The notes: generated by a model from the letters alone, not told the origin. Counted from the first letter of the whole stretch, positions 1 to 13,288 are shown. The stretch: DNA of 60,805 nucleotides, filler included, from Globobulimina sp. (GCA_003354225.1; 8 parts of 8 records of this genome joined end to end with filler, not necessarily neighbours in it); one strand, 5' to 3'. Translations and numbers: made by a program.

Positions 1-167
1 ATTTTACTAATTTATAATACAAAGTTTTCTTCTTTTGCTAATTTAAAACTTAACTCTAGCACTCCTACCTCACAGGATTGCTTGATATTTAGGCAATCTG
101 TGAGCATAGAGCCAGATTTGGACCTTGGCGGCATGTCTCACATCAAGCGCGTGTTGCCAGTAATTTT

Positions 168-3100
168 ATGAAGAGCTTTGCTAATTTCCGAAAGCAATTG
201 ATATCTGCTGGACGTAAATCACGCATCCCTGTATTATCACGATTTATTAGTACTAAAGCGCATATTCAATACAATCTTCAAAATACTTGCTGTCCACATC
301 ATAAAACACCATGTTGTTTCTTATCTGATGTTCAAAGCGGAAAAATAAGCACACTCCATAATAAAGACGGCAATAAAAAGGCATTGAATTTTGATATATG
401 GTGTTCATTAATCCCAAGTCGAAGATATAAAATACTGAATTTAGATAAAAAATTCAGGAAAGGACCAAATGATTATGTTAAAGTTGACGGAAATAAGATC
501 TTTTGTTGTGGTAAAATTGCTGGCCATTTTATTCCGTGGGAGACTGTAATATATTGTAATACAATGGTATTTGACAAAGAAGATACAACAATAGGTTTTT
601 ATATTTATATAACTATCATATTCCTTTATATATCAATCTGTTTCTACAATATTTGTATTACATTTCTATAATGTAACTAAGATAAATCAATCTGTTTCTA
701 CAATATTTGTATTACATTTCTATAATGTAACTAAGATAAATCAATCTGTATTTGTATTCCATTTATATGTACAATATCGATATTACAATAATAAAAATAT
801 AATATAATATAATATAACTACCGTCAGCTCTGTGGCAAAGTACATTTAAATCAAATTATACAGCAACGTTACAAGGAAACATAGACAGATTCCTTGACAA
901 AGATAACAACAACTATAAATATTCAGAGCCAGACACAAATGACATAACTCAGATAGTTAAAGATGAGATACCACGATATACAGATTTCCAAGCAATATAT
1001 TGGTGGCTATGCAAAATGGAATGGATACCCGCTTCGCATAAATTAAAACAACCCATTTTACGGTTACCGACAAAATTTGTTGCATATGATGTAACATTCG
1101 ATATGGGCTCAAATATATATGACACTGTAGGTGGTATGCGACCGCTGGAATATCCTGAAATATTTCAAAAAATAAAAGAAAATAATCCAATCAATAAAGA
1201 GAATATTCAAAATACAGCAAATACCGATAATAAAGACAATGATAACGATGACAATTTTGTCCCACAAATTAATAATATGATAGATTTAGATGATGCGATA
1301 GAGGATGATATCGATTACAGTTATGAACCTGCACATTTACACCAACCACAAATTGATTTATCATTCAAATCCAAACAAAGTAAAATGTTATTATCGTGGT
1401 TATTAACTGGAAATGATATGGAATTTGTATACGATATTATTCCGCTTCCAGGTTACATATTTATATTACATTTCAAATGTGTCTATCTTCAACAAAATAT
1501 AACAGGCAAAGGCGAGGATCATAAATATTTACTCCCTGTGCTTACTGAATTATTTGAGAATCTATTATTATATCAAAGGGATAAATTAGAATTATTAGTA
1601 TTAAAATGCGATGGTTTATTTAAAAATAGGTATTTATATAAACATATTTTGAAAAGAATAAGCAAAAAATACGAAGAGAGAGGTGGACAGATATGGAGTT
1701 TATGTAGAAGATATTTATATATTATATCAGATTGGCAAGAACACGGACCTTGTAAATTATTAGTTACTTATTGTATATGTCTTGTATATTTCATTTGTAT
1801 ATCTTTATATTTCTTAGCCGGGAGCATGTCCATGGCACAGACAACGGTCTTTGTGGAAAAAAGGTGTTCTTCGGAATTCGCGACGGTGTGCTGAGGATAA
1901 AGAAGCGTATAAAGATAGAATTTGTTTGTCGCATAGGCATGAACTACCACATATAGATATATATATTATTGATGATATTAATATTTTGCCACTAAAATTT
2001 TATTTAGGTCATTCTAAATATAAACATAATTTTTGTGATGTTGAATCGCTACAATCTCTACAGTTGTATGTAAATATAACAACATTGCAAGCATGCACAT
2101 CATTTGAGACAATTGATAAATTATATGATGATGAATCAAAATCAATATATGTTAATATTAATCTGTATAAAATAATCAAGAAATATAATAGAAATATCAC
2201 ATAAATATAAATAAACATACTTTATTTCTATTTTGTTTCTCGAATATTTCTTCATTATATTGACAGTCTGACCACAATCGAATTAAAAATGAAAAATACA
2301 ATCACATTATTGGCCATGCTATGCGTCATATTCCACCGATACAAGTACCAATATTTATGGCTTTGTTGTATAATTTAGTGACTTATAAACAAATAATGAA
2401 TAATTCAACAGTTGATACAAAACCCGATGCAAATGATGATGATTTTAATTTTATAAAATATAAATTTCCTAAATTAGATTGGAAACAAAAAAAATATGAA
2501 AAATTACAATATCTGTCATTTGCTAATGAGGATAAGATATGTCATAAATTGAGATATCGCAATGACAAAAAAATCTATACTGATTATTATCCAGGCATCA
2601 AAGCCCCGCCTTCAACGGTCAATTTGTGGGTACACAGATTAGGTTTACAACACGTTAAATCATTACGCGATGTATGCGAGCAGGTTGGTAATTTCTCACA
2701 TAATGAATTAACTGCCGAATTGCGTGGATTCTATACATTCTGGACTGTTCCGAGGTATTTTCTATATATTAATTGTCTATTACTAACATACAATATAACT
2801 TAGGATGAAAAGTATCGCTGATAAGCGCGATGGTAAACCTGTATTTGATATAACATCTTCAATATATATTGATCATATGGCTATAGAATGCAAACCTTAC
2901 AATAGCGAAATATTATGGAATAATGGATATGCTCCGGGTAAAATACGACCAGGAACTCTTGGAATTGAAGTTAACAATTCATATTTCAATAAGTATGATA
3001 AATATGTCATCTTTCTCTTTTGTTTCTACATTGTTATTACTATATATCATCAATATACATACAATAAATAAATTTTTAGACATGAGTGGTGTCATAAAGG

Positions 3101-3566
3101 TAAACAAAGTTTAGCATTGGTTTATTCGCGAGTTATTATTTCATTTCTTATTTTAAATCGCAATAAATATCTTTTATGGAAGCATTATATACATACCAAC
3201 TATATTGAAATTCACAATGAATTTCGAAATATATTTAACGATTTGGCATTTTTGAGATTGACGAAATTTGCGACAAAGGATATATTATGTCCCTGTATAT
3301 CATATGACAAAGAAGAAATTAACATTTTTGTTTATAAACAAATATTATTAAGAAAATTAAGATTTAAATATGAGAAAACGGAAAAATGGGAACAGAATGA
3401 AAATTATGAATTACTAATTTATTTAGATAGGCACTCAAATGAAAAAGGATGGCGTTTAAATACAAATAATTTAGAGAAAATATATCTGTATTTTAATCAA
3501 ATATATTCACATAATCAAATTAGACGGGCATGTTTTAGATTTGGATACAATTTTGAAGGACAATAA
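168..3566 (+). CDS. Multi-exon hypothetical protein, possibly a degenerate Mutator-like DDE transposase
   Basis: Chain of same-strand ORFs broken by AT-rich GT..AG segments. Candidate catalytic motifs occur in order: LVLKCDGLFK, YIIDD, GTLGIEVNNSYFNK. Apparent frameshift near 1940. Exon boundaries approximate. Confidence 0.35.
632..749. repeat. 54-bp tandem repeat, about 2.2 copies, probably intronic
   Basis: atcaatctgtttctacaatatttgtattacatttctataatgtaactaagataa at 632 and 686, with a partial third copy at 740. Confidence 0.9.
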
Positions 3567-3879
3567 TAGAACAAACCTGTTGTTTTATAGACATTTAAAA
3601 TAATAGGTGCAAATTGACAATGTTGTTTCTATTTTCTTTGCGTTCTTTCTGTGTTGACTGTCCATTAGATGACTAATAATTGTTAATAAATCATTTTTGT
3701 TCACTGTACCAAAGTGACGTTCGCATTAAAAATGTAAAGTTGTCATTATTTAAAGATTAAGTAACTAAAAACTTTAAAGTATTTTCCAAACACCTCCTCT
3801 CATCCTCATCAGTTTGTACTAAGAAATCACGCAAATCGAAATAGGACGAATCGACAGATTTCTACGTCGTATTTAAAGA

Positions 3880-6422
3880 ATGAGTAGCAAGTCGAATCGA
3901 TCAAATCGAAATCGGAATTCATCAAATTCCAACAACGCCACACCTGAACCATCCCCATCTGCCAAATTTATTCTCGATTTTTTAACGGATGTATGCAAAT
4001 CCAAGGTTGCCGTGAAAGTCGTTCAATTTTTATTTGAGAAATTAGGTGGAGCGGATACTATCGACGGTGGCGTACTTAATATGATTTTGAAAGGCGAGGA
4101 CGAAGAGGGTATTGAAAAATATCTCAAATTATTTTTAGGTAATTGGGCTACCAAATTCCCGGATGCTGATTTTTTAACGCAAATTAATATTAAACGTGCA
4201 TTTTTAGCGTATTTCAGAGCAAATTCAAAACATGAAAATAGCGCAGAAAACTCGCCAACACCAAAACCGCGGAACAGGAATAAAAGAGTATCCGCGGTGG
4301 ATAATAAAAGAGTAACCGCAGTGGATAAGAGCAAAGGCACCAAAACCCGCAACACAAAGACTGGAAGAGGGAAAAAAGTAACTAAGCACAAAGGCGGGAG
4401 CACCAACACTGGTTTACGACGATCGCGTTATCAAAACACGATGAAAAAATACAAAACTCAGACGAAGTATGATGAATCAAGACGTACCTCGCCGCGAAAA
4501 CAAGCAAGAAAAGATTATACTCCGTCAACGGATGAAGACGTTGACAGCATTGAAACAAGTGATGAGCAATATATTCCTTTGCGTATGTTGTATTATACAG
4601 ATTTGTATTATATATCTAACATATATTTATACAATCTATACAGATAAACCTAAGAAAAAAGCCTCAAAAACGGGAAAAAAACGAGCGATATTGCCGAAAA
4701 AAAAAAGACAAACCAAGGCATATGAACTCAAAAAGAAGCAAATGATAAAGCAGAGAATAAGCACGGCCCGATTCGTACAGCGACGGAGGACACAACGAAC
4801 ACGACAAGGAACACGACAAAGAGTACAACGGGCGAAAGGAAAAAAGAAAAAGAGAAGACTTGGATATGGCGAAAAACTGTCGCAGATTAAAATCGCAGTC
4901 CGAAATTCGACGAGTGAAGCAAATCAAACCTTTTATCCTCCATTACAGACGTTAAGTAATACACTTTACTATTCCTTTTACAGCTTTATTAAAACATATT
5001 TTTTTGTGTATACAGATTAAATCCGCCGTGTTTTAATTATTATTTGGATGGTTATACCATCCCTATTAAAGAGGCTTTTATCTCGTTTATTTGCCATCAC
5101 GTTGCCGACGCGTATAATATAACTGATTTTTATGGATTTGTAAATCAAATATTTATGTTGGTATCGGATTATGATCAAATTAAAGATCGCGTAGATTTTG
5201 AGGAAGAAATTGTGAAAATGTTAAGCCTCCCAACTGGTGGCGGATTACCGAAAGTTGATTTATATGTATTATTACATAAATATGTCTGTGATGAAGTAGT
5301 TCCAGCATTGTGTGATGCGAAAGATATTGCCAAATATGGCGCTAAGGCCTTCGTTCGAACTATTATTACGTCTCGAAAATGTGGACAATGTACATTTTGT
5401 GTGGCGCTCGGTGTGCGGCAATTTCAAATGTCTCTTGTTGTTTCCCTCAGTGGAAGAGGTAAACGGTCTGTTGGTTGCTCGCATGTTAAGGGGAAACACC
5501 CAGCATTAGCTGCACATATATCGTATGTCTGTGTTGATTATATAATATAACTTCAATGTATATGTAGTATAACTATTTTGTATTTTATAGTGACCCTGTC
5601 AACAACCCAGTACCTCCAACGCGATTTCAGGCGGCTGATGATACGCCAATGGAAACATGGCGATGGTTTAGCGGAGCTGCGGTAATTAAAATTGAAGACC
5701 CCCAAAAAAACGTTTTATTTAATATGGGTGATATATTGTTTGATTTAACAAATCAGTATACGCGTTATTTCTGGATGAAATTGTGTAAATATGTATTAAA
5801 TGTAAGGAATTCAAAGAGATTTTTACGACTAATATCGACCCCCAAGAAATGTAGCACAGGTAAATATTTTTATTGTGATAAATATAAAGTTACTCCACCC
5901 AAGATATCCCCTTACAAACTAGAAATAATAAAATACAGTAATAAATTTTTAGAATTTGGTATCTATTGTTTTTCTGAATTATTACTAACTTATTTATAAT
6001 ATATTTATTGCATACAGATTATATGGACTCTGATGACAATGACAAGAAATCAAAAAGAAAATCACAAGCAAATAAACCGGAAAAAGGTAGAAATAACAAA
6101 CAAAGATTGGAGAGTGAACAGGATGATGATGAATTGAATGAGAATGATGAGAGTGGCTATTCGGACGGGCATATTTTTGAAGGGAGTGATATTGATCGTT
6201 TAATGGACCAACTAAACGTTAAAACTCGCCGCGGGGTATGTGTTACTTTTACTTTATTTTTCATAAATAAAACTTAGTAATACGCTATATAATACATATA
6301 TATGTCATATATAATGTACAGACCAAAAGGAATTTATCAAATAAAAAATTTCCTCGCACGAAAAAAAGAAAACAGGATTTTGAGGAGGACGAGTACGACG
6401 ACGGAGTGTATGAAGAAGAGGA

Positions 6423-6455
<33 letters not shown>

Positions 6456-7473
6456 GGAAGAGCAATATGAGGACGAAGAGCAATATGAGGACGAAGAGGA
6501 ATATGAGCAAGTGGATGAGGTGCATGAAGATGTTAAACAAGAGGAAGATGTTAAACAAGAGGAAGAAGAGGAAGAAGAGGAAGAAATATTTTTTCCAGAA
6601 TGTACACATCATTACGCCCATCATCGAAGTGCAAAAGCATTACGTCTGGTGTATGATGAAGACGACCATAAGTATTGCCATCGTTGTATAGTAACTCTCA
6701 ACCGAGATGAACACCTTTCAAAGTTGCATCGCAATTATTATTTTTGGATTTGTAATAAATGTCTTCGATCTTTTTGCTGTGGACAATGTGCAAAGGCGCG
6801 AAATAAGCAATATGAGGCAGAAGTTTATTATTTACCCGATGATTATGAAGATATGCCAGAAAGATTACATACGGATGCGGATGTTGAATCAATGGCCCCA
6901 TTGGATACCAATGACATTGATACCAATAAAATGGATTTAGATGAGGATGAGGATGAGAATGAGGGTAAATCTAATAAATTAGCAGAAAATAAACAGAAAC
7001 AAAGTAGAAATGAGATAGAAAATACAGAGAAAGATACGACAAATAACAATGAAATACAAAGAGAAATTAATGAGGTTGCACAGGATGCTCCGGCTAGTCT
7101 TGGAAACGTTTCGAGCGATGAGTCAAATGAAGATGATGATGAAGAGAATGAAGATGATGATATAAGAATGAATGATGCAGAGCAAAATACGCCATTGCAA
7201 AGAAAAAAGAATACGCGGCGACGCACACAAAATAGAAAAAAACACGCCGAGCCAACAGATGATGAAGAGAATGAAGATCCCAATACGAATACAGTGAGAA
7301 AGAAAAGTAAAAATAAGAAACAAAATGATACTGAGAAGGTTGATGAGGAGGTTGATGAAGATGATGATATTACCAAAAAGAAAGAACGAAAAAGAGCACA
7401 AAAAGTAAAAAACAAAAAAGGCCGAAATGATACTGGCACGAATACTAAGAAACGAAAAAAAAAAACAAAATAA
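3880..7473 (+). CDS. Multi-exon hypothetical nuclear protein with Lys/Arg-rich, Cys/His Zn-binding-like and acidic tracts
   Basis: ORFs 3880-4647, 4469-5020, 5044-5550, 5649-5999, 6008-6277 and 6406-7473 are linked by GT..AG introns (e.g. 4583-4643). Motifs include CGQCTFC, YCHRC..CNKC..CCGQC, poly-E and an NLS-like KKRKKK. Confidence 0.55.
6415..6585 (+). repeat. Coding low-complexity repeat (GAG/GAA runs; EEQYED and EDVKQE units)
   Basis: Visible in both DNA and translation. Confidence 0.85.
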
Positions 7474-7527
7474 CTATATAAAATTAATATATTTTATACT
7501 CACACTTTTTTCTTTTTTTTTTTTTTT

Positions 7528-7627
7528 NNNNNNNNNNNNNNNNNNNNNNNNNNNNNNNNNNNNNNNNNNNNTTAATTAATTAANNNNNNNNNNNNNNNNN
7601 NNNNNNNNNNNNNNNNNNNNNNNNNNN
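7528..7627. other. Artificial contig-join spacer
   Basis: 44 N + TTAATTAATTAA + 44 N; the identical block recurs 7 times at about 7.6-kb spacing, and contig lengths decrease from 7527 to 7490. Confidence 0.98.
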
Positions 7628-9056
7628 ATAACATCCTTGATTGCATCAATCAAATCAACTACAAATTTCTGATAGGCATTACAATTTGCACCGGTAACAC
7701 ATAAATGCGTACACGGCGGATTTGTGCAGTTATTTAATGCCCAGCCTTTCCTTTTCATTGCATCACTAAACTGATAAACATGAATATTATATTTTCGCTT
7801 TATTCCTTCTCTAACTTTCCAACATAAAATACTTATTATCGGATCACCCATAATCTCAATATATTTATTTATGTTCTCATTATGAACAATTTCATTTTTT
7901 ATATATTCTGCAGCATGCATAATGTTCATTGTTTCTTTCATATATCCAACTTTGCCAAAATACATCATCGTGGCCCAACAGGCTGCGATCACTGCGCCGT
8001 TCTTTGAACCTAAAATGGTCGGAGTCGAATATAAACCAATTGTACTTTGCGGCACACAGAAATATCCAAAACGCCGTAATTCATTGCTTCGGAACATTAA
8101 CACTGACGTTCCCTTCACAGCATATCCAAATTTATGAGTGTCACAAGATATCGATGAGACGCCGCGATTGCGGAAGTCAAAAGCTTTGATTTTCTTTTCA
8201 TACTTTGCAGTTTTCGCCAGCGTTGAAATTAAAAAACTGCCCAAACAACAGTCCACATGAAAAGGTATGTTATGTTTATAAGCGATCTCGGATAAAATAC
8301 CAATATCATCCATTATACCATGGGCATAATCTGGGGCAGAGCCAACGATACCAATTGTATTTGCATTAATTGCCTGTTCAATATCTGCCGGATCGGGTTT
8401 ATAACTCTTATTATTCACAGTGACTGTAACTGTTTTTATCTCATACATTTCTGCCGCTTTATCTGTGTATACAGTACGTATAGTGATGTGTTACAGGAAC
8501 ATATTGAGGATAACTAACAAAATGCAGCGTGAGCAGTCATTGGTAATATTAGTTCAGGTTTGAACGGTTTATTGTTATTCCATTTAGATTTGGCATAATA
8601 TTTATATGCGCGCACAGCCATTAATATAGATTCAGTGCCACCTGATGTCAGCAAACCTTTTTGTTGGTATGGATCACCATTAAAATATGTGATTGTCATT
8701 GCAACGATTTCTGAGAGCTATGGTTATATTATATATTAGTTTGTAAGTTATGCGTTTGAATGCATTTTATGACAAACCATTTTTCGCACGAAAGGAAACG
8801 TCGATGGATGTAACGGATTGCTTCTAGCAAACAAAGCAATTACTTTGTTTTGTAAATCAATTAAATGGGTAGATCCATGGTATACTGCTCCAGATTCATA
8901 TTGTTTGGCTCCATTCCATAACTCTCTTTCATATTTGCTCCATTTTGAAAGTAATGACAATATATCATCTGCTGATTGACTCGAATCAGGTAACTGCGAA
9001 TGAATTTGGGTATTTCTAGCCGCTCTGTATATTCCTTTCTCGAAACCTGCTTTCAT
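7628..9056 (-). CDS. SGPL1: Sphingosine-1-phosphate lyase (PLP-dependent), multi-exon, 3' truncated by contig end
   Basis: Motifs SGAVYHG, SNPLHP, TSGGTESILMA, AHAAF, HVDCCLG and the PLP lysine motif SISCDTHKFGY, spread across three ORFs separated by short introns. Confidence 0.9.
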
Positions 9057-9390
9057 TATATTTAATAAATTCTGATGTTTAATAATTCCGTTTCTTACTA
9101 ATAAATCGGAATAATTGATACGCGTCTAGACAAGATAGAATATTGAGCGATTTTGATTTTGGTGTACGGTTTGGTGGTGATATTCGATGACAAATGTTTG
9201 TAGGGAAAGTAAGGAATACTAAAATTAATTTAAATAATAAATAACACTGTGTAGGGCCAGAGAATTATTGTGTTAAGCACCCTCTGCCATGAATAATTCC
9301 CAGTCAATAAATGAACACAGAAAAGTTTTTAGATGAAAAGTTTCAAAAAAAAAAGATTAAAAAAACCTCTTGGAAAACTCTAACATCAAT

Positions 9391-10380
9391 ATGGGTACCT
9401 CTCACTCAAGTCTTTTCTCCAAATATTATGATGCAGGTTCACGTATCGGATCCGGCACCTTTGCAATCGTGAAAAGCTGCGCCAGGAGATCTGATAAATC
9501 TGAATGGGCCGTAAAAATTATATATAAAAATCGGTTAACCTCTGAAGAGCTTTGTAAACTTAAAAATGAAATAAATATTTTACAGACGATGAATAAGCAT
9601 AATCATCCGCATATAATTCGCCTCCAAGACGTTTTTGAAAATGGCCGCAAAGTTAAAATAGTGATGGAATTATGCCAACAGAAAAATTTATTAGATATTA
9701 TTTATGAATCACCCAACCATCGTTTGGACGAAACAAAATGTGCCAAAATTGTGCATACAATGGCAAAAACAATCAAATATTTACATGACAGAAATATTGT
9801 TCACCGAGACATTAAGTGCGAAAATATATTATTTGCGAAAGATGGTACGCTTAAAATCGCAGATTTTGGCTTTTCAAAGCAATACGAAACCGATGTAATT
9901 GAGTCTGAATTTGCCATGAAAACCGCGAGTGGCACCCCTTTATATGTCGCACCAGAGATATTAGCAGGTGATGGATATTCACATATGGTGGATTTGTGGT
10001 CGTTGGGGGTTATTTTGTATGTTTGTTTGTGTGGATATCATCCATTCTCATCGTATGCAAATATAATGAATGGTGTATATAAATTCCCAGCGCCGTTATG
10101 GGATGATATTGATGCCGATGCCATGGATTTAGTGGCCAAATTATTGACTGTCGATGCTGATAAACGTATTTCCTGTGAGGAGGTGATGGCACATAAATGG
10201 ATATTTAAACATGTGATATTGCCACAGTTTAAGGTGTACAAACGACCAAAGGATGATACCAGTGATGATGAGAGTGATTCAAGTGATTCGACCGTATATT
10301 ATAAAGTAAATAAAAGACCGATGGACGATTCAAGTGATGATGAGGTTTATGGTGCAGAGGATAATGAATCTGAGAGATAA
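9391..10380 (+). CDS. CAMK-group (CaMKI-like) Ser/Thr protein kinase
   Basis: GSGTFA, AVKII, HRDIKCEN, DFG, GTPLYVAPE and DLWSLG motifs. The MGTSHS start is a possible myristoylation site. Confidence 0.93.
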   Translation: MGTSHSSLFSKYYDAGSRIGSGTFAIVKSCARRSDKSEWAVKIIYKNRLTSEELCKLKNEINILQTMNKHNHPHIIRLQDVFENGRKVKIVMELCQQKNLLDIIYESPNHRLDETKCAKIVHTMAKTIKYLHDRNIVHRDIKCENILFAKDGTLKIADFGFSKQYETDVIESEFAMKTASGTPLYVAPEILAGDGYSHMVDLWSLGVILYVCLCGYHPFSSYANIMNGVYKFPAPLWDDIDADAMDLVAKLLTVDADKRISCEEVMAHKWIFKHVILPQFKVYKRPKDDTSDDESDSSDSTVYYKVNKRPMDDSSDDEVYGAEDNESER

Positions 10381-10654
10381 AGTTTCTTTTTTAGTTTTAA
10401 TTAAGTTTTATAAGTCTTGCGTTTTGCTGTATATGTATTTTAAAATTCTAGTGTTTGTGTCTAAATATTGTGTTCTGAATTGTGATAATTAGTGTGTTTA
10501 TATATTTTTATTTCTCGTTATAATGCTTTTTTTTAAAAGAATGTAACAAATTCTCGATTAATGTTCAGATCGGTTTACTTTTGTATTCGCCGTCAGATAT
10601 TTGTACAGTTTTTCGTTTCTAAGTAATCTAAAGTTTTTGGAATTATTCAAAAAA

Positions 10655-11797
10655 CTATATTTTTTTATTGACAATAGAAGGTCCATCCTGATCATATTCC
10701 TCTTTTGTGATCCACATTTCTTCGAATGTGCTCAACGAAGCCAATATAGAACCACCAATCCATTCACGTACTCGTTTCTCGTCGTTTTGAGATGATACAA
10801 CTTTAATTGTTATTGAGATGATACGCTTTGTCGAAGTCACTAATTTTTCAATCTCTTTTTTTAATCTATTTTCAAATGTTCCTTTTTTAAACATTGTATT
10901 AATTCCACTCACAGCAATATTATGAAAAAGATCTATTCGACTGTCAACATCACATTTCATTATAGATTTATATACTAATTTATGAATGCCATCATATTGT
11001 TGTTTTTCGTTGCTATGAGATAAAGAAGGATTAAATAATAATTCCATTCCATCATTGTCATTATCAGTCTTTTTATAATTAATAACATCTCTTTTTCCTA
11101 AATTTATTTTTGTCCATGAATGTGGCAATAGATATCCTTCATAGATCACTGCAACTTCAGTACAATGATAATCCGATAATAATATTACTCCTAAAGACCG
11201 ACCATTTGCAAGCCATGCTAACGAATTTCGTGCATATACACAAAATTTACAACATTTGAGTTGTTCAAAACAAAATTTTGTAATAATTTCTCTATTTTTT
11301 TTGCCAAACCCTATGCAATCGCCAATTAATAAACCATTTTGTAATGTTAATCTGTTTTTGAATATTCTTTGCAAAATATCTTTTAATGCATTCAGATCCG
11401 AAAGTTCTCCATTTTCAATCGGGTATAATTTTGTTATTCCATATGCTGTTTTTTGTACTTGATATCCAATTAATATATCAATATCATCTGCATTGTTATT
11501 ATAATTATCATAAGCAACAACGTTAGGTATTGAGAGACATGGATGCTCTTCGCCAGCATAACCAACAGATATTGTTCCTGAATTCAATGTCATTACAACT
11601 GCTGGATATTCATCATACTCATGCTGCACATCCACAATTATATTAAGGACATCATTTGTGCCATATTTATCTACGTTCATTATATCAAAATCAAAGGTTG
11701 TATGGAAGTATGCAAGTATAATATTAATAATATCATGTGATATGTCACCCACAGCAATTCTGGTATATCCAAATGTTAATAAAGAATCAGTACTCAT
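10655..11797 (-). CDS. Divergent actin-related protein with N-terminal extension and internal deletion
   Basis: Actin motifs YPIENG, IYEGYLLPHS, SIMKCDVD and WIGGSILASLSTFEEMWITKEEYD. Confidence 0.88.
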   Translation of the reverse strand: MSTDSLLTFGYTRIAVGDISHDIINIILAYFHTTFDFDIMNVDKYGTNDVLNIIVDVQHEYDEYPAVVMTLNSGTISVGYAGEEHPCLSIPNVVAYDNYNNNADDIDILIGYQVQKTAYGITKLYPIENGELSDLNALKDILQRIFKNRLTLQNGLLIGDCIGFGKKNREIITKFCFEQLKCCKFCVYARNSLAWLANGRSLGVILLSDYHCTEVAVIYEGYLLPHSWTKINLGKRDVINYKKTDNDNDGMELLFNPSLSHSNEKQQYDGIHKLVYKSIMKCDVDSRIDLFHNIAVSGINTMFKKGTFENRLKKEIEKLVTSTKRIISITIKVVSSQNDEKRVREWIGGSILASLSTFEEMWITKEEYDQDGPSIVNKKI

Positions 11798-11863
11798 ATT
11801 TATGTCTACTGTCGTCTAGCTCTGATTTATCAAAAAAAAAAGCCAGATTTCTCGTGTTAAAAA

Positions 11864-13288
11864 TTAATTACAATTACTTAATAACAAAAAGGCAACATCA
11901 TGATAGGGAACATTTTCAACTACAAATCCATCAACAGTGCTTCCAATATTTTTATTATTCCAAATATCGAACAGATTACATTGCTTAAAGTGATTCATAT
12001 TTAATTGATTTAAACTAACATTAAATTTATAATTATTTACCATTTGTAAATTAAACATAGCAACAAAATATTGTGAACTTGATAATAAATCCGCATACCA
12101 TACCGATGTGGTAATATATCCTCTAGAATTATATGAGGCCGATATCTGTTTATTATTATTCGAATATGCATTCACATTCAATGCATATTGATTTGTAATT
12201 AGATTTAATGTAAAATTATTAAACGTATTATTTGGATTACTCACAAATTGTGTGAGTAAGCCACCAAACATTAATGATGAGCGTGTAATACACCACAATG
12301 TCATTTCGCATCTTTGTTCACCATAACTTAAACTTGTTGGTACATCTGCTTTATCCCTGTTGTTATGAGATAACATATATCCAAATGCCATAATATCCAA
12401 ATCAATCCATGAACGCCCATCTAATCCACTTGAATTATATAAGCCAGATAAAGCATATTGCGATGATATATTAAATGGTCTTAAAACATTTTTATAATAA
12501 TCCCAATTATCGTCAGTTATTCTATACTGGTTCACATATTCATGAATATGTTGAGCTTCTTGTGATGGTGCAATAGAGGCAAAGCCCGGCGATAAACTAT
12601 AAACTACATTGTGCTCATCATCATCTTTCGTATATTTATTTATTGTATTTGAAACAGCAATGATCTGCGTTGGCGTATAATCTTTGCCAAAGATACAATC
12701 ATTTTTGATAAAACTTATATTCCATTCTCGAATATACTGTGAATATAAACTATCAATGTATTGCTGCGCACCATCTGCACTCATATTAAGTCCATAGAAT
12801 TGATTCCACCACGGACAGACATCACTCATATTTGCAATGTCTTTGGCAAATATCTCATTATTTGTGCCATATACTGGTGTGTTAGCATCAATAGCTGCGA
12901 TTGATATGCCTTTCATGACATGAATGCCCAATTTTAATCCCATTGTTGATAATTTAGCAGATAGTTATTTAAAGCCCTGGTTATTTGTAGATGATGGATA
13001 TCGCAACGGATCGGGTTGCAATCGACCATATTCATCAATTATAAGTCCTTTACCAGTCTCTAAATCTGCATACCATCCTGCATCAATAACTAAATAATCA
13101 TAACCGAATGGTAATAAAAATGATGACATTGCTTCTCCAGTTTGTAATATTTCGGTCTCATTTGGATTGGAATAACATTGATACGAATTCCAGCCTCGTG
13201 GAGGTGTTGATGCTATTGGTTGGAGTAATTCTTTATTGCAATATGCTATTACTAACAAAATATGTAGTGTTACAACTGAAGAATTCAT
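11864..13288 (-). pseudogene. Secreted GH27 alpha-galactosidase-like gene interrupted by one in-frame TAA
   Basis: Signal peptide, TPPRGWNSY, LVIDAGW, GLKLGIH, FIKNDC, YRITDDNWD and DLD. The two ORFs are in the same frame with TAA at 12965-12967 (GFK*LSAKLSTMGLKLGIH). Confidence 0.8.

Noticed and set aside
632-749. CRISPR-like array
   Set aside because: Head-to-tail copies without unique spacers, no cas genes, and a eukaryotic context.
6337-7439. Minus-strand hydrophobic ORFs (also 14762-15115 and 58887-59243)
   Set aside because: These are antisense shadows of low-complexity E/K/R or P/T coding sequence.
7506-7527. Poly-T tract as intrinsic terminator or retro-tail
   Set aside because: There is no preceding GC stem, and it lies at the contig break, so it cannot be interpreted.
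7572-7583. Recurrent TTAATTAATTAA palindrome as a biological repeat
   Set aside because: It is always centred in an identical N-padded 100-bp block and gives stops in all frames; it is a concatenation linker.
11864-13288. Alternative genetic code (TAA read as sense)
   Set aside because: Genes on the same contig end normally at TAA (e.g. the kinase at 10378-10380), and multi-kb AT-rich ORFs are open under the standard code.
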